From Truepera sp. (GTDB lineage: Bacteria; Deinococcota; Deinococci; Deinococcales; Trueperaceae), in contig CBDCKW010000009.1 of the NCBI GenBank assembly GCA_965218435.1, positions 864,001 to 928,000 on the forward strand: DNA of 64,000 nucleotides, written 5' to 3'. The position numbers and the translations under genes are program-made. This document shows positions 8,266 to 18,159 of the stretch, in pieces (within the stretch, counting starts at the first letter, position 1; every line of letters starts with the position of its first letter). A model generated the notes under the pieces. That model made no database searches. It was not told the DNA's origin and worked only from the letters and a program-made list of their open reading frames with translations.

Positions 8266-9360
8266 CTAGAAATCGTTCATCAAGCTTTGAAAGCGGCCCC
8301 GCACCTCGGCGGCGCGGTTGGCGTGGCCCCGCCGCTCCCAGAGTTCGGCGAGGCTTTCCCAGGCGCTCTCGCTGTAGGGTTCGTGCTCGGTGATGGCGGT
8401 GTAAAAACGGACGCCGTTCTCGTAGTGGCCGCTGCTCGTAGCACCTTCAGCGGCGCTCACCAGTAGTTCTAAATGGGCGGCGTGCAAATCCAGGCGGGTG
8501 TCCTCGGCCCAGTCCGAATCAACCCCGAGGAGAAAGTCGGCGCGGTAGAACTCGGCGGCGCGTTCATAGTCGCCCATAGCTCGGCTCGAGCGGGCGCTAG
8601 CCGCTGCTACCCGGTAGTGTTCAACGTCGTAGTCCACCCGAAAGCCGCTGTGAAGGTAGTAGCGGCGGTTACTCGACTGGACAATCTCACCGCCGACGGC
8701 TTTGCGCAACCGGTAGAGCGTCGTATGAAACGAACTGCTCGCTTTGGCTTCGGTTTTGCCGGGCCAAAGCGCCTCGGCGACCTCGAAGGTGCTCGAGCCG
8801 CCTTGGTGCTCTAATAGGTAAAACAGCAGCTCGAGCGCCTTTAAGGAGTCCCACTCGAGGCGGTGGCGACCCTTTTCAATAACCGGCGGTCCAAAGCCGC
8901 GCACCCGCAACTTGCCTGCCGCCGGGGTGCGAATTTCAGCAAATCTTGCGATCCGGCTCTTGACGGCGCTGATCAGTTCATGCCGGTCAAAGGGTTTGGT
9001 CAAGTAATCGTCCGCGCCGAGCGACATACCGCGGCGCATATGGGCGCGTTCGTAGAGCGCCGTCAGAAATAAAAACGGGACGCCCTGCAGTCCCGGCAAC
9101 TCGCGCACCGCCTCGCAAAACTCGAACCCGCTCATCCCCGGCATCGTCACGTCGGACAAGATCACGTCGGGGTGGAGGCCGTTTTCAAGTTCCTCGAGGG
9201 CGTCTTGTGGGCGTTCAAAGGTGAGGACGGCAAAGTCGGCAGCGTTTAGGGTCAGCTCGAGCAGTTTGCGAATCCCGGGTTCATCGTCTACGGCTAAAAC
9301 CAGCCGTCCGGCACCGGGTTTTTCTACCCCGAAAGGGTTTAGACCGTTTTTAGGCTCCAC
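8266..9360 (-). CDS. Response regulator: REC + winged helix + BTAD/TPR (SARP-like)
   Basis: VLAVDDE, ILSDVTMPGMSG, GADDYLTKPF; ELLFYLL..EALWP..FHTTLYRLRK; EPYSESAW. Confidence 0.85.
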   Translation of the reverse strand: MEPKNGLNPFGVEKPGAGRLVLAVDDEPGIRKLLELTLNAADFAVLTFERPQDALEELENGLHPDVILSDVTMPGMSGFEFCEAVRELPGLQGVPFLFLTALYERAHMRRGMSLGADDYLTKPFDRHELISAVKSRIARFAEIRTPAAGKLRVRGFGPPVIEKGRHRLEWDSLKALELLFYLLEHQGGSSTFEVAEALWPGKTEAKASSSFHTTLYRLRKAVGGEIVQSSNRRYYLHSGFRVDYDVEHYRVAAASARSSRAMGDYERAAEFYRADFLLGVDSDWAEDTRLDLHAAHLELLVSAAEGATSSGHYENGVRFYTAITEHEPYSESAWESLAELWERRGHANRAAEVRGRFQSLMNDF

Positions 9361-10145
9361 AGCGCCTCCTTGTACGCATCTTTAAGCGCAGCCGGATTGT
9401 CTGCCATAAGACCGTTCACATAGAGGTGGGTAAGCTGTTTCACATCTTGCGAGCTGTTGACCGTCCAGGTGTTGAGCATAACGCCGTTTTGCTGCGCCCA
9501 GCGCACGAGGTCTTGATCAATTAAGGTGTACTGCGGGTGCAGCGCGTCAACATGTAAAAGCCGTGCAAAAATTTTTGCCGCCGCGTTGGTACGGAGCCAG
9601 CGGGGGCCGCCTTCGCTGTAAAGCAGAGCGACGCGAACGGCAGGCGCGTAGAGGCGGAGCCGCGCTACTGAGAGCGGGTTAAAGCTCGAGACCAGCACCC
9701 GCCCTTCAATCCCCGAGGTCTCGACGGCGTTCGCTACGGCCCGCTCGAGCCCCCCGCTGCGCCAACCGCGCGTTTTCAGCTCGAGGTTTAGGAGCGTGCC
9801 CGGATAACAGCGGATGAGGGTCAAGAGGCCCTCGAGGGTTGGGATATTCGGGTCGGCTTCTTGCAATTCCTCGTGGGTGAGGGCGCTCAGGGTACGGCCG
9901 TCCGGTAGGGCAAAGTCGTGATAGAGCACCAGTTCACCGTCACGGGTGCGCTGGACGTCGGTCTCTAAGCCGTCGAGCTCGGCGTCTAACGCTGCCTGAA
10001 ACGCGCTCAGGGTGTTTTCCGGCAAACTCTCTCTGACGCCCCGGTGTCCTAACAGCAGCGTCTGTTTAGGCGTGACTTCCGGGAGTTGGCGCGGTTTCCA
10101 GAACAGGAGCCAGAGGACAAGCAGGAAAAAAATCCAGACCAGCAT
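9339..10145 (-). CDS. Glycerophosphodiester phosphodiesterase
   Basis: GHRG..PENTLSAF, ETDVQRTRDGELVLYHD, NLELK, WTVN; N-terminal TM anchor. Confidence 0.9.
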   Translation of the reverse strand: MLVWIFFLLVLWLLFWKPRQLPEVTPKQTLLLGHRGVRESLPENTLSAFQAALDAELDGLETDVQRTRDGELVLYHDFALPDGRTLSALTHEELQEADPNIPTLEGLLTLIRCYPGTLLNLELKTRGWRSGGLERAVANAVETSGIEGRVLVSSFNPLSVARLRLYAPAVRVALLYSEGGPRWLRTNAAAKIFARLLHVDALHPQYTLIDQDLVRWAQQNGVMLNTWTVNSSQDVKQLTHLYVNGLMADNPAALKDAYKEALWSLKTV

Positions 10146-10148
10146 GGC

Positions 10149-10427
10149 TTATTTTGCCGTCTCGAGCTCCGTCGCCGTCAATTCTGTCAGCGTGTAGTGT
10201 GCTTCTTCCATCACCGGATTGCTCAGCACCGCTTCGATGAGCGTCTGGAGCTGCGCTTCGACCTCGGCGCGTTCACCCGTCAAGGTCAGCGTCAGGTGTT
10301 TACCGATTCGCACGTCAGCAACGTTGGTCGTCCCTAAACGGTGGAGCGTCGTCTCGACCGCGCGGCTTTGCGGGTCTAAAATAGACCGCTTTAGCATCAC
10401 CTCGATTTCGGCATAAAAGTCAGCCAT
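10149..10427 (-). CDS. purS: Phosphoribosylformylglycinamidine synthase subunit PurS
   Basis: LKRSILDPQ, VRIGK, LSNPVME. Confidence 0.93.
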   Translation of the reverse strand: MADFYAEIEVMLKRSILDPQSRAVETTLHRLGTTNVADVRIGKHLTLTLTGERAEVEAQLQTLIEAVLSNPVMEEAHYTLTELTATELETAK

Positions 10428-11152
10428 CACACTCCTTTCAAAACCCGTCTGGCCACCTCTTGATACGCCTCTTCGACGCCTCCCAGGTCACGGCGAAAAC
10501 GGTCTTTGTCTAAACGTTCACCACTTTGTATGTCCCACAACCGGCAGGTGTCGGGGCTGATTTCGTCGGCCAGCACAATCTCGCCGGTACCGAGGCGACC
10601 GAACTCGAGCTTAAAGTCAACGAGTTTGAGGTCAATTTGGGCAAAAAAGCCGGTGAGGAGTGCGCTGATATCAAGGGCCTGCCGCCGCAACTGTGCCAGC
10701 TCCGCGATATTCGCTAAACCGAGCGCCAACGCGGTGTCGTCGTTTAAGGGCGGGTCGCCGAGGTCGTCGGACTTAAGGCACCACTCGAGCACCGGCGGCG
10801 TAAGCTCTACGCCCTCGCCCGTCCCGTAACGTTTGGCAAACGATCCGGCGGCGTAGGGCCGCACCACGACCTCTAAAGGAATGATCGTCACAGCCTTAAC
10901 AAGCTGCTCACGCTCGCTAAGCTTCTTGACGAAGTGCGTTTCGATACCCTTCGTTTCTAGCCACTCGAACACTCGGCTCGAGACCGCGTTATTCACCGCA
11001 CCCTTGCCCGTAATCTGCCCTTTTTTCTGTGCGTTAAAGGCGGTCGCGTCATCTTTATATTCGACGATGTAAAGCGTATCGTCGCTGGTGGCGTAAACCC
11101 GTTTGGCCTTGCCCTCATAGCGTTGCTCTTGTTTTTCTGGAACCCCGGTCAC
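10427..11152 (-). CDS. purC: SAICAR synthase
   Basis: [46 protein letters not shown]. Confidence 0.96.
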   Translation of the reverse strand: MTGVPEKQEQRYEGKAKRVYATSDDTLYIVEYKDDATAFNAQKKGQITGKGAVNNAVSSRVFEWLETKGIETHFVKKLSEREQLVKAVTIIPLEVVVRPYAAGSFAKRYGTGEGVELTPPVLEWCLKSDDLGDPPLNDDTALALGLANIAELAQLRRQALDISALLTGFFAQIDLKLVDFKLEFGRLGTGEIVLADEISPDTCRLWDIQSGERLDKDRFRRDLGGVEEAYQEVARRVLKGV

Positions 11153-11213
11153 GGCCTGACTATAGCAGGCTAGGGCCGGATAAAGGTATGCCCCAGAAAG
11201 ATTGCTGTAAGTC

Positions 11214-12242
11214 TCAGTGAGCGCGCCCCAGTTTCTCTACCAGGTTGCGTTTGGTCTGCTCACGCTGATTACGCCATGCCACGTACTGTTTTTTCGCTGC
11301 TTCAGTGTTTGGCATACTCGCTGAAAAAGCCAGAGGCTCGGTGCTAGAGGTATCTGTTGGGCTGGTAAAATCTATTTGCGGTTGCACTTTAGTGGTCAGC
11401 CCGTCGTAGAAAAAATATGTGTTGTTTAGCTTAGCTGTTTCTCCAACATTGATAACAGGCGGAGCGTCTAAGCTGCCATCAAAGTAGCCGAAGAACAGTG
11501 GCAAATTGTTTTCATCTAGAAGAAAATAGCTTGAGTAATTGCTTACCCTAGCGGCGCCGGTTCCTTCGTTACGAGCTGTTACGGTAAATCCTTGTGGTTC
11601 TAAAGCTGAGTAACTTTGCGGAATGATACGTGCGGTAGGAGCGTCGAAATCAGAATCGTCTTCAATCCCGGAGATACTGACGCTGCTAACTGAGGAGTAG
11701 ATAGCAGGGGTAATGTCTTCAAGTTCAATCCCGAAAAAGTAACCCGTCTCCCTGCTGTTCAAACAAGTGTTTGTATAGGTACCTGTTGACCGGCTTACGC
11801 CAACGAAGGCAAATGTCTCTGTGACGAGCACCCGGTTCGCGCTGTCTTTTAACTCGAGTTCACGAGCTCTGATAAAGCACCGAAGGCTGTCACTCTGATT
11901 CGTAATAGCAACAAACCAATAAAGCGTTTCCGAAGTGGCGCTACCTCTTGTCGCGTAAGCCTTACCTAAGCGAAAGGCTGTACTTTCACCCGTCAAACCT
12001 GCACCTAGCTCTTTACGTAATTGGCTGTTCGGCGTCGTACCTCGGCCGAGCGCCGTGCCGGAGAGCACTACCGAGTTGTTAGGAGTGGCGCTGGGTCCAG
12101 GCGTCGGCCCTGGCACCGGAGTTGGCGTAGGAGTTGGGCTCGGAACCGGCGTCGGGTTGGGTGTCGGCGCTGGACCACCGGGCCCACCACAAGCGGCAAG
12201 ACCTAAAATGAACAGCGCAGCTAGTACAAGGTACAGTTTCAC
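11214..12242 (-). CDS. Hypothetical lipoprotein with a Pro/Thr linker
   Basis: Lipobox LAAC, then a [17 protein letters not shown] repeat; GGAGG RBS; AT-richer than neighbours. Confidence 0.8.
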   Translation of the reverse strand: MKLYLVLAALFILGLAACGGPGGPAPTPNPTPVPSPTPTPTPVPGPTPGPSATPNNSVVLSGTALGRGTTPNSQLRKELGAGLTGESTAFRLGKAYATRGSATSETLYWFVAITNQSDSLRCFIRARELELKDSANRVLVTETFAFVGVSRSTGTYTNTCLNSRETGYFFGIELEDITPAIYSSVSSVSISGIEDDSDFDAPTARIIPQSYSALEPQGFTVTARNEGTGAARVSNYSSYFLLDENNLPLFFGYFDGSLDAPPVINVGETAKLNNTYFFYDGLTTKVQPQIDFTSPTDTSSTEPLAFSASMPNTEAAKKQYVAWRNQREQTKRNLVEKLGRAH

Positions 12243-12259
12243 GACTATCCTCCCGGTAA

Positions 12260-13564
12260 CTAAAGCCCAAAACGTCCATAGACCTCATCAATATAACGCA
12301 GATACCAAGCTGGGCTAAAGGCGTTGTCCAGCTCCTCGGCGCTCAGCGTACTGTCCGGGTCTTTGGCTAACACCTCACGCAGATGTTCGCCCGTTTCCCA
12401 CGTCGTAAGAGACGCCCGCTGCACGATGTCATACGCGCTTTCGCGCATCAGACCTAACTCGAGGAGTTTATGCAGCACTCGCTGCGAATAGATCAGGCCG
12501 TTCAGCGCGTCCATATTTTTAAGCATCGTCTCCGGGTAGACCATTAAACCTTGCACGACTTTGGTCAGGCGACGGCAGGCATAACTTGCCAGAGTGGTGC
12601 TGTCGGGCAAAATTACGCGCTCGACGGATGAGTGCGAGATGTCCCTTTCATGCCACAGGGCGACGTTCTCGAGCCCCGCCTGCAGGTTGCTCCGCAGAAG
12701 CCGCGCAATGCCCGTGATGTTCTCCGTGACAATCGGATTTTTTTTGTGCGGCATCGAAGAGCTGCCGGTTTGACCCTTGGCAAACCCCTCTTGCGCCTCA
12801 CGGACTTCGCTGCGCTGCAGGTGGCGGATTTCTAAGGCGACGCGCTCCAGGGTCGTCCCAAAAATTGCCAGCGCACTCAGCAGTTCGGCGTGCCGGTCAC
12901 GGGCGACGGTCTGGTTGGTCACCAGATCGGGGAAGAGGCCGAGCGTTTCAGCGACGCGCGTTTCAATTTCCGGCGGAACGTGCGCGTAAGTCCCGACGGA
13001 ACCTGAAAGCATCAATACGGAGATAGTGTCTCGAGCCCTCTCTAACCTCACGATGTCGCGCTGCACCGCTGCGTAAAAGTTCAAAAACTTAAGCCCAAAC
13101 GTCATCGGTTCGGCGTGGACGCCGTGGGTGCGGCCAATCGTAGGTGTGTGTTTATACGTCACGGCTTTTTCTTTAAGGGCGTCGGCAAGTTCGCGGGCGT
13201 CAGCCAAAATCAAGGTTAGAGCTTCCTGCAACACGAGGTTTTGGGCAGAATCCACCACGTCGGTACTCGTCAACCCCAAGTGGATAAATCGGGCTTGTTC
13301 GCCGAAGCGTTCAGTCAGCGCCCGTGTAAAGGCCACGATGTCGTGCCGGGTTTGGGCCTCCAACTCAGCGACTCTTGCGGCAAAGGCGTCATCTAAGGGA
13401 GCGGCGTGCGCTTTATCTTGCAGCGCGTCGGCGGTGCCTGCGGGGACGTCGCCGAGGGCTTCCCACGCTCTAGTTGCGGCGAGTTCGACGGTTAACCACG
13501 TTTGATAGCGGTGCGTTTCGCTCCATAAAGCGGTCATTTCGGGGGTGCTATAACGTGCAATCAT
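12260..13564 (-). CDS. purB: Adenylosuccinate lyase
   Basis: MIARYS, TRHDIVAF, HLGLTSTD, GRTHGVHAEP, GSSSMPHKKNP, LWHERDISHSS. Confidence 0.96.
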   Translation of the reverse strand: MIARYSTPEMTALWSETHRYQTWLTVELAATRAWEALGDVPAGTADALQDKAHAAPLDDAFAARVAELEAQTRHDIVAFTRALTERFGEQARFIHLGLTSTDVVDSAQNLVLQEALTLILADARELADALKEKAVTYKHTPTIGRTHGVHAEPMTFGLKFLNFYAAVQRDIVRLERARDTISVLMLSGSVGTYAHVPPEIETRVAETLGLFPDLVTNQTVARDRHAELLSALAIFGTTLERVALEIRHLQRSEVREAQEGFAKGQTGSSSMPHKKNPIVTENITGIARLLRSNLQAGLENVALWHERDISHSSVERVILPDSTTLASYACRRLTKVVQGLMVYPETMLKNMDALNGLIYSQRVLHKLLELGLMRESAYDIVQRASLTTWETGEHLREVLAKDPDSTLSAEELDNAFSPAWYLRYIDEVYGRFGL

Positions 13565-13640
13565 CGGCTTAAATCTAACCCGGTTGAGCGTTACACGGAG
13601 CAATTTGATGGTGAACAAAACACTTAAAAATTAAGGTATT

Positions 13641-14729
13641 ATGCCCTTAGAAATGAGGTGTGCTGTAACAGAGCCAATTAAAGGGCGGGGCGTGGGGCAC
13701 AATCCTAAAAACCGGTTTGAAACCCTCGAGCTGACCTTCGACCCGGATTGGGACACCGCTGAAACGCCTGGACCTCGCACGACGTTTTACCGGGACCGCT
13801 CGAGTACCATTTTAGCCCGCAACACCTCACCCGACATCGGCTATGACGTGTCTCTCAACCCGTACCGGGGCTGTGAGCACGGCTGCGTCTACTGCTACGC
13901 CCGCCCGACGCACGAATATCTGGGCTTTTCGCTGGGTCTCGATTTTGAAAGCAAAATTATGGTCAAAGACGACGCGCCTAGTCTTTTACGGCGCGAACTC
14001 GCCGCCAAACGCTGGACGCCACAGGTGGTCGGGATGGGCGGCGTAACCGACATCTATCAACCGGTGGAGCGGAGGCTCGAGCTGACCCGGCGCTGCCTCG
14101 AGGTCTTTCTGGACTTTCGCAATCCGGTGACGCTGGTGACCAAGAGCCATCTGATCACGCGGGATTTAGACCTTTTACGGGAGCTGAGCGCGTTTCAGGC
14201 AGTGTCGGTCGCGGTCTCGCTCACGACGCTCGATGATGACCTCTACCGGCTGATGGAGCCAAGGGCCGCGTCCCCGGCCCGCCGCTTAGACGCGGTTCGC
14301 AGGCTTGCCGACGCGGGCGTACACGTCGGCGTCTTAACCTCACCGATTATTCCCGGCCTAAACGACGCTGAAATTCCCAGTCTGGTGAGCGCAGCCGCCG
14401 AAGTGGGCGCACAGTTCGCGGGTTACGGCGTGGTTCATCTGCCCTACGGCCTCAAAGAGATGTTTGCCGAGTGGACTCGGGCGACCTTTCCAGAACGCGC
14501 CGACAAGATTTTGAACCGGATTCGGGAGATGCGCGGCGGCAAGCTCAACGATCCACGTTTTGGTCACCGGATGCGCGGTGAAGGCCCTTTTGCGGAGCAA
14601 CTTGCCAGTTTACACCGTTTAGCTTGCAAACGCGCCGGGTTGCCTAAGTCGCGGGTTCGGCTTTCAGTAGATCACTTCCGAGTACCGGGCTCGAGCCCGG
14701 AGGTACAACAGCCAAGTCTTTTCGGTTAA
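13641..14729 (+). CDS. PA0069/Rv2578c-family radical SAM protein (spore photoproduct lyase-like)
   Basis: NPYRGCEHGCVYCYARPTHEY, TDIYQPVE, PIIPGLND. Confidence 0.9.
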   Translation: MPLEMRCAVTEPIKGRGVGHNPKNRFETLELTFDPDWDTAETPGPRTTFYRDRSSTILARNTSPDIGYDVSLNPYRGCEHGCVYCYARPTHEYLGFSLGLDFESKIMVKDDAPSLLRRELAAKRWTPQVVGMGGVTDIYQPVERRLELTRRCLEVFLDFRNPVTLVTKSHLITRDLDLLRELSAFQAVSVAVSLTTLDDDLYRLMEPRAASPARRLDAVRRLADAGVHVGVLTSPIIPGLNDAEIPSLVSAAAEVGAQFAGYGVVHLPYGLKEMFAEWTRATFPERADKILNRIREMRGGKLNDPRFGHRMRGEGPFAEQLASLHRLACKRAGLPKSRVRLSVDHFRVPGSSPEVQQPSLFG

Positions 14730-14906
14730 GCTCTATCCTACAGAGCCCTCAAAGGAAACCTCTAAAAGATTTGATCGTACCGAATGTTAGCAGGTACCCT
14801 CTGGTCGGCAACGCTATTTGTTTGGGCTTCGCTCTCTAGCACGCACATTATACGATGGCGCTGATAGTAGCCTGGAAATGCTATGTGCAAAAAAATGTTC
14901 GAAACG

Positions 14907-16061
14907 CTAAACCACCTCATTCACTTCAGGGAGACAGAGCGAGACAAAAACCTCGACCACTTCAGGGTCAAATTGCCGTCCGGCTTGCGCCTGAAGCTCA
15001 ACTATGGCGTCGTCGTGACGCCAAGCGTTCTTATACGGCCTGACCGAAATAAGTGCGTCGTACACGTCACAAACGCTAAAGATACGGGCTAAAAGCGGAA
15101 TCTCTGCGCCTGCTAAGCCGTGCGGATAACCACCGCCGTCCCAGCGTTCATGATGGTAGAGGATGGTCTCGAGCGTCTCTTGAGGCAAAAACGGCAGCTG
15201 CAACGCGACCTTGTATCCCGCCTCGACGTGACGGCGCATCACCTCCCACTCGCTGGCCGAGAGCTTGCCCGGTTTGTGCAAAATCGCGTCGGGGGTCGCC
15301 ACTTTGCCGAGGTCGTGCAAATACGCGCCCCAACGCAGCGCCTCGAGCTGCTGGCCGTCTAATTTCAGCGCCTCACCCACGCTGATGGCGAGGTCGGTCA
15401 CGCGGTCGGTGTGCCCTTTGACTTCAGCGTCGCGGCTCTCAACCGCGACGCCCAAGGCTTTGATCGCCCCTTCTTTGGCCTGTAGCGCGTTCTCTTTTTC
15501 GGCAAACGCCTGCTCCTCGGCGGCCAAGCGGGCGGCGAGCGCGGCGAGCGTTGTGGCTACGGTACCGAAAAGATCGCATTCTCGCGGTTTCCAGGTGTGT
15601 GCCCTAAAGGTGTGCATCAAAAAAGCGCCTTGCAGTGTTCCGCCCCGGCTCAGCACGGGCGCAGCGGCGAGGCTGGCGACGCCTAACTCGGGAAATCCGG
15701 CGGTTTCAGGCGCGGCGTCGGTGTCGTCGAAAAATAGCGGGACGCGGGTGGTCTCGAGCGCCCTCATCAGCGGCGTATCATCAGGTAGCCCATGCGCCAA
15801 AATCGCGTCCATCACCGGACCTGCGGGCAGCTCGCCGGACGCGGAGCGGGCCTTAAACATCTTGTCGCCCAGCTGAAAATAAGCGGAGCCTACCGCCGCG
15901 GTACGTTCGACCAGGGCTTTCAAAACGGGCATCACCGCACTGGGAATATCCGGGGCGGAGAGGGCGAGCTGGGTCAGTTCGACGACGAGCTGAGCGCGGA
16001 GTTCGGCGTGTTGGCTGGGTACAGGGGTCTCGAGCAGTGGTTCTCTCGGCACGGTAGTCAT
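14907..16061 (-). CDS. GAF + HD-GYP cyclic-di-GMP phosphodiesterase
   Basis: HTDRV, LHDLGK, HHERWDGGGYPHG, DVYDALISVRPYK. Confidence 0.9.
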   Translation of the reverse strand: MTTVPREPLLETPVPSQHAELRAQLVVELTQLALSAPDIPSAVMPVLKALVERTAAVGSAYFQLGDKMFKARSASGELPAGPVMDAILAHGLPDDTPLMRALETTRVPLFFDDTDAAPETAGFPELGVASLAAAPVLSRGGTLQGAFLMHTFRAHTWKPRECDLFGTVATTLAALAARLAAEEQAFAEKENALQAKEGAIKALGVAVESRDAEVKGHTDRVTDLAISVGEALKLDGQQLEALRWGAYLHDLGKVATPDAILHKPGKLSASEWEVMRRHVEAGYKVALQLPFLPQETLETILYHHERWDGGGYPHGLAGAEIPLLARIFSVCDVYDALISVRPYKNAWRHDDAIVELQAQAGRQFDPEVVEVFVSLCLPEVNEVV

Positions 16062-16165
16062 AGGGCTAGGTTAGCCTCGAGACTCTTACAAAGCTCTTAC
16101 ATTTCGTTAATTGCTGCTTCACTGACGATGCGAGGTGAAGGTCGGTTCCTCGCAAAACAACTATG

Positions 16166-17210
16166 TAACCAATGGTGCTATTGGGTGAATTGGTACGGTT
16201 GTCGCCATTCAAATTCCGTTTTGGTAAGAGCCAAGCACCTTGGGCAGACCCAGAGTTTCCTCGCGATGTACGAAAACGCTAAGGCCATGTGCGTGTCGGA
16301 TGACCCACTAGTTGAAGAGGTCATAGAAAACCCTGAAACTGTGAATAGCGACAAACACAGGAGGGTAACTATGACCACAGAAGAGATTATCATCCACATC
16401 TTTGTAGAAGTTGATGACCAGCTGCCCGAGATGCGTAAACACCCGCAAGCCAAGCTATACCCCAGTGAACTTGTGACCGTTGGTATCTTGTTCGCACTCA
16501 AAGGTCGGGGCTTCCGGGCTTTCTACCGCTGGTTGAAACGCGACTATGACGCGTTGTTCGCTGGGCTTCCTAGTACGGGCATAGCCCGGCCCTAGTGGGC
16601 CTAGTACCTGAACGCACGCGTCTACAACGTCTGCTCAAGGCGCATCAAGACTGGTGCGAGGTGCTGCTTGCTAAACCCAGTTTTTTCACCGTGATTGATG
16701 CTTACCCTATCGAACTGCTGTTCCCCATTCGTCAAGGACGGAGCAAGCAGCAAGTAGGCAAGAAAGGCAGGGACAAAGGTAGAAGGAGCGTGGGCATCAA
16801 GTTCTGCTGGCTCTTGAACGATACAGGGCAGGTAGTCGGCTGGGACTGGACGGGTATGAACGCGCACGACCAGACCTTTCACTCGCTCATCGAATGCTTT
16901 GCTGGACAAGCTATTGTGCTTTCCGACTTAGGCTTTAGAGCTGCCAAAGGCACGCCTGAGAATCTCAAGCTCTGTGCTAAGGGAACTTGGAATGAACGCA
17001 TGGTGGTAGAAACAGCCCTGGCTATGGTGACGACTGTTTATGACCTCAAACGTATCCGGCACCGCTTAGCCGCTCACATCGAGGCGCGTTTGGCCTTTGT
17101 GACCGCCATGTTCAACGTACTTCTACGTCTTTTTCACAAGCTCCATCCTGAAACTGACCCTTCAGAATGAGCATCGCTGAGTTCTCCTTATGAACTAGCA
17201 CCATAGGTTA
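16166..17210 (+). mobile_element. IS982-like insertion sequence (~1.04 kb)
   Basis: Terminal IRs TAACCAATGGTGCTA and TAGCACCATAGGTTA (14/15) flank a transposase. Confidence 0.75.
16371..17193 (+). pseudogene. DDE transposase disrupted by a 38-bp insertion and a C-terminal frameshift
   Basis: IFVEVDDQL..KLYPSELVT..; ERTRLQR, VIDAYPIEL, LSDLGF, ERMVVET; frames break at ~16572 and ~17163. Confidence 0.8.
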
Positions 17211-17293
17211 GCAGAAAATCCTAGAAGGCAGAGGGCGTGCCGTCGGTCAGGGTAAAGGGTTGCTTAGAGATAAACAGTTTTAGTCTCTTGTGG

Positions 17294-17826
17294 AAACCCA
17301 CCACCTCTGGTGGTGAGGTATGTTCGGCTGGGCCATAAAATAAGGCGTGCTGAAGTACCGAGAGCTAACGCAGTCGTCTATCAGTGTGATTATCACATCG
17401 TATGGGCACCGAAATATCGCTACCGGATATTAACGGGAGCGATTACGGAACTGGTGAAGAAAGATATTAAGACACGATGCGCGTGGAAAGAGGTAGAAGT
17501 GCTACTGAGTGTGCAAGCACATCCTATCCACCTTGTCTGCTCTGTTCCACCGAAACTGTCAACATCAGCATTTATGTTATGAGTTCTCTAGGGGGAAAAG
17601 CTGGCGTTTCTGTTGTTCAAGAGCTATCCGGCACTGAAGCAAAAGCCGTATTGGGGAAATCATTTCTGGGCACGTGGCTACTTCATCAACACGGTAGGGA
17701 TGAACGAGGAGCTGATCAGGCGCTACGTGAAGTATCAGGAAGAGCAAGAAAAGCAAGTAGCGCAAAACCGCCAAGCCTTCCTTTTCTAGAGTCATCCCTT
17801 AAATCCACCGCCTCTGGCGGTGGTCG
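17294..17826 (+). mobile_element. tnpA: IS200-type element with frameshifted tnpA (Y1 transposase pseudogene)
   Basis: YHIVWAPKYRY..IHL..PPKLS, then in another frame YWGNHFWARGYF..IRRYVKYQ; subterminal hairpins CACCACC-TCT-GGTGGTG (17299-17315) and CCACCGCC-TCT-GGCGGTGG (17805-17823). Confidence 0.85.
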
Positions 17827-17986
17827 TTTAATGTTATGTGAGACGTTTTTGCAACCGACCGACTCAGTTGTCCAGTTAGTTGGAGGCAAACGCTTTTGTA
17901 TAAAGACATTGCTGAGTAAAAATGCCGAACGAGCATCAGCTAAAAGACGGTTTCATCAACTTTTAATACTGCCCCCGGTTTTGTAC

Positions 17987-18149
17987 CAGGGCTTACGCAT
18001 GTAGATTTGTTCCAAAAGCTATCCATGTTTTTAACGTAACTATTGAAGGTGACGTTTTTCTTAATCAGTTCATCTAGGTCAAAAATAGCTGTTTTTACGC
18101 CCTCACTTCTCCAAGCCACTTACGAAGATTGGTACATGCGTAAGCCCCC
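17987..18149. mobile_element. 163-bp MITE
   Basis: TIRs CAGGGCTTACGCATGTA and TACATGCGTAAGCCCCC; flanked by GGTTTTGTAC on both sides. Confidence 0.8.
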
Positions 18150-18159
18150 GGTTTTGTAC

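Noticed and set aside
8237..16084. 15-bp match GTTAGCCTCGAGACT at ~8237 and ~16070, both near mobile patches
   Set aside because: A 15-mer match is expected by chance in 64 kb, more so as it contains the enriched CTCGAG.
15792..16595. 267-aa ORF as a single gene
   Set aside because: A chance read-through from antisense HD-GYP sequence into the IS; only 16371 onward is transposase.
17477..18004. 175-aa ORF as TnpB or cargo
   Set aside because: Off-frame translation of the broken IS200 tnpA; no RuvC or Zn-finger motifs.
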